A stretch of DNA of 64,000 nt, taken from contig NC_134475.1 in NCBI RefSeq assembly GCF_964194025.1, forward strand, positions 10,168,001 to 10,232,000, written 5' to 3'. Source of the stretch: Convolutriloba macropyga (lineage: Eukaryota). Of the stretch, positions 39,281 through 50,300 are shown in pieces; positions within the stretch are counted from its first letter, which is position 1, and each line of letters starts with the position of its first letter. Below the pieces are notes generated by a model. The model saw only the letters and a list, made by a program, of their open reading frames with translations, searched no databases and was not told the origin of the DNA. Both the position numbers and the translations under genes were made by a program.

Positions 39281-40830
39281 TTTGCCTTGAAGCCGTGCAA
39301 CATAAAGTAAGCATTATCAAATCTTATGATGAGTCTAAAACAGTGTTCATGATAAGCTTTAACATTAATGAGTCATATTTGGTTAGAAATTGAGCTAATA
39401 GTTCGAAGGTTACGAATCAGTGTTAACCTATTTCTTGGATCTGTAAAAATTTGTTAGTCTTATTCAGCTATTTTTTAATGCTTGAAAACTGAGGTAAAAA
39501 CCACCACAAACTAGTCATTTTTCGTGCTCACAAAGTTTGAGGCAACTCTTCCAATTACAATTTTTTCTTGCCCCCAACAGTTAAAAATTAAACCTTAAAC
39601 TATGCAAAAATCCTTATCCAAAATTTTGGATGAAACAAAGCATTTATCAAATTGCTTTATACTCGATTTATACTCTTTTATTAATTTGATTGATGTTATG
39701 ACAAATGTTGCATTCTACGTTTTCCCGATCGTGTTTTTCAGAAAAATAACAAGCGTCTGAATGACTTAACATGCTTTCACCTGAAAACTTTAACATTTTT
39801 ACAGAGGATTTCTAATAGACTGTCCTTTTTTTATCTCTTTTTACCCAAATTTTTCTAATTCTAGAATATTCTTTCACGTCTTTCTTTCAAGTCATTCATG
39901 ATTGTCTTCTTGATTTCCGCGTGAGCTAAATGCCCAAGCTTTCAAAATTTGGGCAGCTAACCTAATTTTCCACTTTATCTAATAAAAATGAAATCAGCTG
40001 GCGTTTGGGAGAAAGTTTATTACGTTTGCTTGTTCATTCGTGTGAGAGAAAAAGTTTTGATCCAAAATTTGTTGTTGACAAATGACCTTTTGCTTTGGTC
40101 AATTGGAAAACTCAAGAAAGGAGGGCCAATTTCCAATAAGTTTAGTCGAAAGTGCGTACTTGAAAGCATTGATGCCTGCAGCAATACTTTGAAATCGCAT
40201 AAATTAGAAATTCAAGCTTTTCTAGTCAAGTAATATCAGATCCTGCCTTTTTTCTGTTTTCAAATCTTTGCAAGGCATGATAGCTATCGCAGTCGTTTTT
40301 TGGTTAACTAGAAGCTGTGTTATTTTTTAAGGGAATGCATTATTGGCGTAAATGCTGCTAATCATAGTATTTGTTTTGGTGATTTCTCTTACTAACGTGT
40401 AAACTTTATAACTAACTTGTCTCATTTTGCAAGTGTTATTTATTGCGACGATCACAATGACTTGCTTCAATGAAATTTAGTGTACCCCTTTCACACTTAC
40501 CGCCTCAATATTTAGTTTAATGCTGCTCTGCAATGTATGCTTACGTTCTTTAGAAGAAAATTTTTTGAAAATTTTATGCGAGCTTGGTTTTTTGATTTTA
40601 TAGTTTGCATAATTTCTGACATTCCGGATTCCGAGTAACTGTTCTAACGCAAGTATGTATTCTCCAATTTATTACCGTTCAGATTATTCTTATATATAAC
40701 TGAAAACAAAGAGTACCGACTACGTTTGGAGGTGCTCTCATGCGAGTTTTGGGTTGTTCGCAAACGATGCTTGTAGCAATAATATTAGTTTTGTTCTCTT
40801 TTGCATGCGATTTTTCGTCTGACCTTTTTT

Positions 40831-41194
40831 AATTGCTCTCGTATGAGAGGCATTTATTGTAAACGTGTGTCTTTTCTATGCAAAATTTTCGCTTGACCGT
40901 TCTTGCGCTTTTCTTCTAGAATAATCTTTGACTTCTCAAGTGACTTTTTGACACACTTTTTGATTTTCGAGTGATTTCAATTGCTCTCAATCCGAATTTA
41001 AGTTTTTAGTTCAAACAAAACCGATTGTTAGAGATATGATAAAGCCCTGATAGTCGAGTGGTTAATGCCTTTGTCGATGTGAAGGAATCGGACTCAGGAG
41101 GTCGGGGTTTAAACCCTACCATCCTCTGATGTTTTTCCACCCATAAAGAAAAATGTACGCCCTGCCTGTCATTCGAGAGCATCTTTTAGTCGGT
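40831..41194 (+). mobile_element. HINE family B copy with tRNA-like cassette (~41044-41125)
   Basis: aattgctctcg ... ttcgagagca..tagtcgg; tagtcgagtggttaa and ggtttaaaccc. Confidence 0.72.
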
Positions 41195-41685
41195 TTGTTA
41201 ACTTTTCTTCTAAGTACGCGATTCACCGAAACTTTTGAGGAGACAATTTCATAGTGTAAAGGGCGGTTCTTGATCATTTTAGCCTGACCCCACCCCCCCC
41301 CCCCCCCCCACCCTTAACCCTCCCTTCACCCCGCACTCCCCCGTCCATCCTCCTGGAGCTGGTGATTTGAACCCCCCCCCCCCTCGTCCAGTCCTCCAAA
41401 CCGTACCCCCATCGCTTGACCGTACCCCCATCGCTGTCACGTGGTAGATGTCTGTCACCTATTATACCAGACGCTTAATATTTTCCGAATCTTACCGACA
41501 GCTTTGAAATGAAATGAAAGCACAAGATCAAGGTTTATTTGAGCATTGCGAAAATATTATCGAAGCATATGAGACTTTTTGAATACGCATTTTGTCTGAT
41601 ATTCACACCTGCAGCGTCGACTCATTTGAATAATTGGTATTTGGTAAATAATTGGTCAAAAGTTTGTGCTGTTAAACTGAATTGA

Positions 41686-41976
41686 TCAGAGGGACTGCAA
41701 TCTCATTCGCTTAGACATAGATTGTAGTCGCATTCGTTTCTGAAGAGATTGAAGTCTCATTCTCTTTTGGAGTGACTGGAGTCTCATTCTCTTTTGCAGA
41801 GATTGAAGTCGCATCCGTTTGTCCTCTTCGGAGGTCTGTTGTTGGTCTGCTGTTTGGTCTTGATCGTTGTCTTCTGTTTCAGGAGGCATCTCGTAGCTCC
41901 CACAGAATGCCCTCTTTAGTGACTGGAGTCGCATCCTCTTCTCTGGTTCCCAGACATCTGCTATTTCGTCCCCTCT
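41686..41976 (-). CDS. Putative neuropeptide precursor, exon 3 (6 MRLQS peptides, stop)
   Basis: tttcag|AGA; paralogous to exon 2 then five tandem KR-MRLQS(L/M) units; TGA; AATAAA on - strand at 41539-41534. Confidence 0.88.
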   Translation of the reverse strand, partial: RGDEIADVWEPEKRMRLQSLKRAFCGSYEMPPETEDNDQDQTADQQQTSEEDKRMRLQSLQKRMRLQSLQKRMRLQSLQKRMRLQSMSKRMRLQSL

Positions 41977-42794
41977 CTGAAATCGAACCGAGAAATTTTT
42001 GGCCGAACTGAGAGATTTTATTTTAAGGCTATGTCGAATGTAGGTTAATTGAACGTATGAAGTGGGTGTTTTAAATTTATCAGCCAATCAAAGTCCTTAA
42101 ATTCTATATTTTTGTTCGTCTTTTTGTTGGTTCCTTCAATGTTTGGCAACACTATGCAATGCTGAATAAATGAACTACCTCCACCTCAAGGTGAGGTTGG
42201 CGATTGATCATAAATAATCCTTGAAATTAGGATTAGTCTCTAAATCAGAGCTCAGACAAGAGACCCTTATATTTTAGACACCAATTAAGTCTATGGGGGC
42301 AAAAGGCTAAGATATTGCGGTCGTCCTAGACTATATGGTCTGAATAAGGATTAGTTATCCTCGTTGAATTTTCCTCTAAGTTTGACTTCTTGACAACTTT
42401 GAGTTGCGTTTCTTGTTGATAGCAAAGCCAATATTCCAAACTGGCAGCTCGACGAGATAGCCCCATTTGAAGTTTTTTGTTTTTATTTGTTGGTTTTTAT
42501 TTATTTTTGGTTTTATTTATTTTGTGGTGAAATATTGACAGCGGAATTTTTTTGTCATGAAGTGTTCGGCGATATCTTTAGCGTGAGAAATGAAAGTGTT
42601 ATCAATCAAAATTTTCCGAAAAACAATCCATCTGTGAAAGAAAATTTTCTCATTTTTATATTGAAATTGTTTGGTGGTTACTACTCTTCACACACACTAA
42701 CCTATAACAGATACACATCGTTTTTGTGTCGTTTGGTCATGTCTATGTGGTTGTCCATGCCTTTGGCTGTACATGTGAGCGAACGTGTATCTCT

Positions 42795-43006
42795 NNNNNN
42801 NNNNNNNNNNNNNNNNNNNNNNNNNNNNNNNNNNNNNNNNNNNNNNNNNNNNNNNNNNNNNNNNNNNNNNNNNNNNNNNNNNNNNNNNNNNNNNNNNNNN
42901 NNNNNNNNNNNNNNNNNNNNNNNNNNNNNNNNNNNNNNNNNNNNNNNNNNNNNNNNNNNNNNNNNNNNNNNNNNNNNNNNNNNNNNNNNNNNNNNNNNNN
43001 NNNNNN
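42795..43006. other. Assembly gap (212 N) within intron 2 of the peptide gene
   Basis: N run; CT/GT-like flanks suggest a collapsed simple repeat. Confidence 0.98.
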
Positions 43007-44128
43007 CTGTTTGTGTGCATGTATGACTCAAATATTTGCACGCATGAATGCGTAATTAGATTGAAGAATCTTCCATTTCGAGTCTAGGGTAGACTTTTTC
43101 AAGAACAGTTGTCGGAAAAATGGTTGTATTTTTCATTAACCGTGATTTGCCTATAGTCGAGAGTAGATTTTTAGATGTAAAGCACATTTTTATGGCGCTT
43201 TTTATAACGTTTTTCATCTGGATGATTTTAGGAGTGTTCTCTTTTTGGTGTATATTAATCCATTTCTCAACAGCAATCTTAATAAATTATGAGACTAATT
43301 TAGTATTTCCTTCGTTTAAAAGTTTCCGTTTATTGTTGGTTTTTTCTTTGTTGAAGAAGTTTTACCAAATTTTCCATTTAATTTTATAATATCAGGGAAA
43401 TTTTCGACATCTATTTAATAATGCGTTTTATACACTAAGCTTGCGTTTAATGATGCGTACCCATGTTTGAGTAGGTTTTTAATTACGCAACTAATCCGGC
43501 AGTCTACCATGAAGCTTATGTTTTCGTATTACGAACATCGTGATGTTGTAACCTTAATTTTTGACAGCGGTACTTTCACAGGCTTAATTTCAAATTTTTG
43601 TGTGTGCTTGTGCTTAAACGGGCAGCAAACAGGTGTATAATGTAATCTGAATTAGACTGCTTTTTTCTCTAGTTTGGAGTTGTTCTATAAAAAAAATTCC
43701 TTGTCGTTGTCGAGCGAAAATAATTATTTCCTGATTTTACTGACTGGTGGAAATAAAACAAGCTGATACCTAATAACAATTGCTAGCAAATAAGGCGGGG
43801 GATATTTGATATGGAAAATTTTGTCAGTTATTTTAAAGTTGCATTGCGTTTTATAATAGGTAGAAGGGTTTCAATGGATATTTTAAGTTGCTCTCGAAAG
43901 AACATTGATGCAAATATTGTAGACTAATAATGCGTCCGTTATGCCAATTTTTTTCCCAGAGCGTTTTGACTGTTGTCACGGTTGACGTCTTAATTTTTGC
44001 GTGATTTAAATCCCAATGGTAGAAGAGGGCCCATCTGTCGTTCAAGAGCAGTTCGTCTGACATTAGTCTAAAATTTTTCTACGTATCGTTTTTCTTCCAA
44101 AGACCTGGAAAAGAAATTTTGAGACTAC

Positions 44129-44335
44129 CTTAAGGGATTGAAGCCGCATTCTCTTCTGGAGAGATTGAAGTCGCATCCGTTTTTCTTCTGAGGTCTGCTC
44201 CTGATCTGCTGTTTGGTCCTGATCGTTTTCTTCTGTTTCAGGAGGCATCTCGTAACTCCCACAGAATGCCCGCTTTAGTGACTGGAGTCGCATCCTCTTC
44301 TCTGGTTCCCAAACGTCCGCTGTATCGTCATCTCT
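44129..44335 (-). CDS. Putative neuropeptide precursor, exon 2 (3 MRLQSL peptides)
   Basis: tttcag|AGA..AAG|gtagtc; 207 nt, phase 0-0; RDDDTADVWEPEKR-MRLQSL-KR-AFCGSYEM..EEKR-MRLQSLQ-KR-MRLQSL-K. Confidence 0.87.
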
Positions 44336-44795
44336 CTGAAATTTTTACAATTACTGTACTTCTAAATAACCTTGGATCGGCTTTGGTACTTTTTTTTCTG
44401 GTGCATCAAAGGATAAAATCGACTATCAAAATTTTTTTTTAATAAAAACGTTGTTTACGTTTTTTCTTTGATTATGTGCCAATGAAGTAAACGTTCCTGT
44501 CTCTAAATGATCGAATAAAATGCGTCGTTTGGAGGCTCAGTGACTGAAATGAACATCGCCTTGACTCGGGTAATTTTGTTCGATAGTGACCCCCCGTACT
44601 TTTATAGGTTTCACATTAGGCAGAGTTCCTTTTATAGGGTTTACCTGTTACAGATAAATCAACAGTAAAATTTCTTCTGGTCATGGATCTATATTTTTAG
44701 GTGATGGACAGCGCGTGAGTCCCATGCTCTAAAATTTTATCAGACGTCTTGAAAACCAGAAATTGGGTGTGGTCTGAAACATTTTTGATCATTAC

Positions 44796-45158
44796 CTTTT
44801 TGAGAGATTGGAGTCTAATCCGTTTCTTCATAGACTGAAGTCGCATGCGTTTGTTGAGAGCACCGTCCTGGTACATTGTGGGTTCCCCGATGTCACGTGA
44901 GTACATTTGGATCCGGATGCGTTTGTCGTTGGCAGCGTCTGGATCTTCTGTGGTTGCCAGTCTCTCCTCGTCCTCCATAGCCTCTCTTTGCACTTTCTCG
45001 TTCTCAGTAAACGCCATGTCGTACAGCTTCTCGTCTACGCTCTTGGGAACGGTGTACTTGGGACTCCAGTCCACATCCGATTCAGCCGCGACCAAATAGG
45101 CAGCAATGTAAATTAAACAGAAGGCAGTTGTTGTTGAAATCGGAATCCTTGCCATCAT
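44796..45158 (-). CDS. Putative neuropeptide precursor, exon 1 (signal peptide, acidic pro-region, first peptides)
   Basis: MMARIPISTTTAFCLIYIAAYLVAA-ESD signal-like N-terminus; KR-IRIQMYS-R, KR-MRLQSM-KKR-IRLQSL-KK; donor AAG|gtaat, phase 0. Confidence 0.88.
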
Positions 45159-45929
45159 TCGCTTCCCGGTTAATTCTCTTCTCGAGAAAACAGATAGCGA
45201 GAGGTACGTTGGCAACTGGACGTTGGTGGGTCTTTGCGAATTATGAGAAATTTGGGCTAATTATTTTCGGAAATTGGGGAAAGAAAGGAAAAGGTAGTGA
45301 AAGCGTTGATTGAAAGGTGCGATTGTTGTGAACCAAATAAGGCTGGAGTGGGATTGTTTGTTTGTTTGTTTGTTTGATTGTTGGGTAGGCAAAGAGGAAT
45401 GAAGAAGAATAGGATAATAATGATGGAGAAGAAGGTCTAGCTGGACAAAGGGAGAGAGGGGGCGATAGATGGATGCAAGGAAGGAAATCAATTAGCAGGC
45501 TGTATATGCTCAAATAGATAGGACAATTAAGGCATTGTTAGCAGACTGTGATTGGTGAAACAAAGCGTATAATTAAGAGGAAGGGTACAGGAACAGCACC
45601 ACAACAACAATCACAGGGCCAGGTAGCTTTCACTATTCTGCTAGGTTATGGACTCTATTGGTGATGTTTCCTCTTCCCTGTTTTTTACTACCCCTTTGGT
45701 CAACTAGTGTCTGTTGCAACATTAGTCGAATGGTCATCGAAATTGAGACTTAAAACTTGATTTGAGCTGACTACCTTCTTCCAAGTTTTTCGAACAATAT
45801 GATTCTAGGAAGCACAGAATCAGTATAACAGAAAGAGGAAAAATGATTATTTTTATGATTATTTATTTTAAGAATGTTCGTATTTTGAACGTTAGCTCGC
45901 GCTTCCGACGAGAAACGTACTATTAATTT

Positions 45930-47302
45930 GTCAGTTTTAAAAGTTCTGGAGCAATTGTCTTTACTTTTATAAACACCCCCCCCCCCCCCCAGAGATCACC
46001 CGCAATGTTTTGTTCGTTATCGTTTGGGCTCTTCCCCTATAATCTATGTATGTTAATGTACAAAGTGTTAAAATAAGTGGTTTCAAGGTTTTCTTCTGGA
46101 AGCTTTCTGGAATGTTTCTTGGTCAAATAAAACTGCAGAACACGGTCAACTAAAGTGAAACGAAAAAAAAACTTTTATATTTTAAATAAATGAAATTCGG
46201 TTTGAATGTGAACTACGGAGTGGGTACATAAAGGGAACTACTCCTCCCGAAATGATTGAAAAGGTGAAAATTTTTCAAATTACTAAATTCCAATGGACTA
46301 GCCAAACAATGAACAGGTAATAAAAATGACAAGACTTGAATCGCAGACAAGACTTGAGTTTTTTCATGTAAGAAAACCCTAACAGTACACTTCTGAGTCT
46401 GAAGAAAGAAGTGTATAAACAAACGACGATGATGATGATGATAACTCGTGGAAGAACAAACGGCTCCAAATGAGAGAAACGCCATTCGATATGCAAAATT
46501 TTTGAGAACTTTGAGAAAATTTGAAGGTAAACAAGGAGGTTCGTTAATTACGTTGGCACATAATGTTCAAACCCGTACATCCACATTCTTGGCTGAAGTA
46601 TCTACTATTTAAACTAGAGATTGACTACCTTCAAAATAAAGACCAGTTACATTTTTTTCTCAAATTTTGATAGATTCGTTTTTTTAAAAAATAGAGATGT
46701 GTATGTCAAACAGGATGTGTATGACAAAGTCGGTTGCAGCATAGCAAACATAAGGGCCAAATAGCACAGTCGGCAGTGTATATGGTTATCAAGCGGGAGG
46801 TCAGTGGTTCGAATCGCGGTGGGGGTAAATGTTCTTCCACCCCCTGTCGTTCGAGAGCAATTCTTCCGACATTAGTCGGTTAATTGCTCTTTAACGAAGT
46901 TCATAGCAATTATTGTAAACGTGTCTTTTTAATGCAAAATTTTTGCTTGACGGTTTTAACTTTTCGAGTGACTTTTACGCCCTTGAGTTTTTGCGTTTTG
47001 CGTGATCTAAAATTTCTTAATCACTATTACAATTTCAAGTAGCTGAACTCTATTGGCGGCAATTTAATACTAAAAGTCAAATGAAAAGTGCGCCAAAACT
47101 GGTGCCATTTTTCACTTTAAATTTTAATAGTGGTATATGTTAACCTCTAATGTGGTTGTTTGAAGCCCACTATTGAACTTCTTAGTCCCATTTAGGCTTC
47201 CCCTCCCTCCCTTCCTCCCCCCCCCCCCCCGACTGAAGCAGGCTGCAATTGATTAGAGCTCCCACTAGTCGTTTGACAGCAATTCTTCCGACGTTTAGTC
47301 GG
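45930..47302 (+). mobile_element. Two head-to-tail HINE family B units upstream of the peptide gene; homologous to 59530-60377
   Basis: tRNA-like 46755-46828 (tagcacagtcgg; ggttcgaatc), junction ttcgagagcaattcttccgacattagtcgg-tt-aattgctct; ~530-bp extra segment at ~46222-46750. Confidence 0.75.
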
Positions 47303-50300
47303 TTATGTTTATTAGTGAGATCAAATTTAAGGCGCGATCCAGAAAGATTAACAAAACTTCGAAAACAATTATCTTTTGGTCAGTAAAATTAGCTAGTAAA
47401 TGGATTAACTAACTAATTTTAAAGATTCCATCAGAAGGATGATCAGACAAGTTATTATTGATACTAGAGAAGTCAACAAAAAAACATTCAACTAGGCGCC
47501 AAAAATTCACTATTTGATGTGAAATAAAAGTCAAAAAACAAAAAATAAATCAGTAGGAAGCAGCAACCCGACACAAAAATTGGGAAACTATTTTTCTAAA
47601 AATTTGGACGTTTGAAGCAAAGTTTTTTAAAAATTGCTATCAATCGGACTCATTCAGGATTTTCACTTGCGTACATAGCAAGCCTATCCGGCTTGTCAAC
47701 AATTAGCCACATGGAAAGACATCAAAATCTTGCGAAATCAAATATTTACAACAGTATTTGGATTCTAATATGCTTCATTTTTTGCCTATAACGATTTTAC
47801 TCAGATAAAAGAGTGAGGTAACAAAAATAGCCACAAGAACGGTCAGAACTCAATATTCACTAACATTTTGTCAAAATGATTTGTCATTCAAATTACTATT
47901 AGATATGAACTCAAATTGTCAATAAGGTTCATTTATGAAACTGTAGCCATCAATAGAGTTTTAATTACTCAGATTGTTAAAACTGCACAAAAATCTAACA
48001 ATTATAGCCGAAATTCAAAAGCTCAATTTTTACGGAAGCAAATAGTTTCAAAGTAATCGATAGCGTAGAGTAATAACTGAAAAAATTGTATTGTTTGATT
48101 TGGAACTCATCAGAACTTCAATGAAAAGCTGTCAGTTTTGACACTCAATAACTTTAGAACATAAAGAACAAAAAACTGGGAAAATTTCACAAATTTTAGT
48201 ATTTTATGAAAACAGTCTCAAAGTCAGAAAATCATTAGTTATTCGCCGTCCGTTTCAAACAACAGTATCAATGCACCATTACAAAACATGGTTTGCCTTG
48301 AGTTTAGTTTGCCAGAATGTAAGGCGAAAAATAGCAAACTGGAGTCAAATAGCCGCACGTGAAAAAAATTCTCTAAAAACTCAACAATCTATATTCAAAT
48401 CCAAATCTGTTTTAAAAAAATTCAATGAGACAAAAAATAGCCTGTTTATTGCTTCACTGTTACTAGAGCACGGAAATGTTTAAAATATTAACATAACCGA
48501 GCGGAAATTTACAAAAATGGACCCAAATTGGCCATAAATGTTAACAAATTCACGTTTCATATCAGATATTCCCAAAATCTTAAACCTCGATATATCCACG
48601 AAACTTCTTTGAAAAAAACTGTCTACTCTATAATTGATTGACCGGCTTGACTTGCTTATTTTCTCTACTCTGGCGCTTGATACCACTCACTAATCTTTAC
48701 GAAAGAAAACAAGAAGTCAAATGGCCGCACGTGATAAAAATTCTAAAAACTGAAAATGCTATTTTCAAATACAAATGTGTTTTTTTAAAAAATACGTTGA
48801 AAGCAAAAATACCCTTGTTACTGCATCAGTGCTACTAAAGCATGAAAATGTTCAAAATAGTAACGTAATTGAGCGGAAATTTAAAAAAAAAATTGACCGA
48901 AAATGGCCATAAATGTTTACAAAATAGTAGCACTGGCGAAACAAAATAGATCCAAAAAGAATATGCTTTACTTGCTTAAATTCCAAAACTCTGAGCTTGA
49001 TGGGCTTTCTCTTGATACCACTCACAACTCTCTACGATAAATAATATAGCGATCGGACGAATTGACTGAACAAAAAACAGTTGAGCTTATAGTTCCTTGA
49101 TCCACCGCCCTCACCCTGATCCACCGCCCTCGGTGCTCGTTAAAATTTTCCACTAACCTTTTCCTTAAAATTTTTAAATAATCAAGTGTGTTGTTTGCAG
49201 GGTGGGTTTTATCAATTTTGAAAGTTTATTCCACGAGCACATATAGCTAAAGTTTAAGTGTATATGTGTGTGTGAAACTGTCGACTGTGTTCTAAGATTT
49301 TGTTTTTGAAGTCAGCATTGACAGAATTGACAACCACATTCAAACTCTGAAGTTTGCGCTAATTAGGAAGAAAGTAGTGTTTTATTTTTCGACAGAAACT
49401 GCGTGTTGCATTCCAGCTCATTGTTAATGTAATTAAATTACGCAAAGTTTTTGAATCGGAGTAAAAAGACGTTGAAATATAACTGGAATGGTGATTGATG
49501 AGCTTTGATCTCAATATATTTTTTTGAAAAATTTAATTCCTTACAAAATCTATTGTTTTTGCATGTAGCAATTTTTTTCAATTTTTTAAAAAATTGGTCA
49601 TCTACAAATTACAAAAAGGTAATGAATGTGGCGGATCTCTTAGTAAACGGTAAGAAGTTTTTTCAATGATCTGAAATTTTGGTAAACACTTCTACTGTTA
49701 TAAAGTTGTGGCAGAGTTTTTAGATTGGTTATAGAATTCTGAAGCGTCTAACCATAATTTTTTTTCGTTTACATGACAATATGCCCAATGCCAAAATACC
49801 CAATGTACCATTATACCCAATTTATTACCTTTGATCTTTTCGTTCAATAATCCGATTACAAATCAGCGGTATGTTTTTTTCTAATAATTAAGCTGATAAT
49901 TTAATTCCATATTTGGTTGTGATTGTTTCATATCAAGTCCCTCGGGCCGCTAAGACTCGGCCATGGCCCACGAAGCATGGCCAAACGCACTAGCTAAATG
50001 TTATGCTAAATAATCATTCTGGTAATTTCAAGATAAAGTATTGGGTATAATTGGGTATTTTGTCCTCACACCTTTTTACCTAATGAAACAAAATGCAATC
50101 TGCATTCTAGATCTTGTCCTTGGTAAAATTTGGCGTCCTTATTTTGGACACGGACCTGCTGACGTTGGGAATAAGGCCGGCCTGATAAGAAATTTCGATG
50201 TTGACAAAAAGCAACCAGTCAGTTCCTGGTGCAAGAACCTACCTTGAACTGTTAAAATGGCGGCGATAAAGCAGAAAAATAATTGAAGCTGGGTTTTAGT

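Noticed and set aside
41686-41830. CRISPR-like array or DNA minisatellite
   Set aside because: The 27-nt units have no spacers and vary at third codon positions; they are coding repeats in a eukaryotic gene
41686-42087. Stand-alone 133-aa ORF starting MADKFK
   Set aside because: Non-ATG start; the sequence upstream of the tttcag acceptor at 41977 is intronic and this is the last exon of the peptide gene
42487-43087. ORFs spanning the N run
   Set aside because: Artefacts of undefined bases
46755-46828. Functional tRNA genes (also 7056, 20245, 41044, 59044, 59846)
   Set aside because: A/B-box-like motifs are present, but acceptor and anticodon stems do not pair and all copies sit inside dispersed repeats
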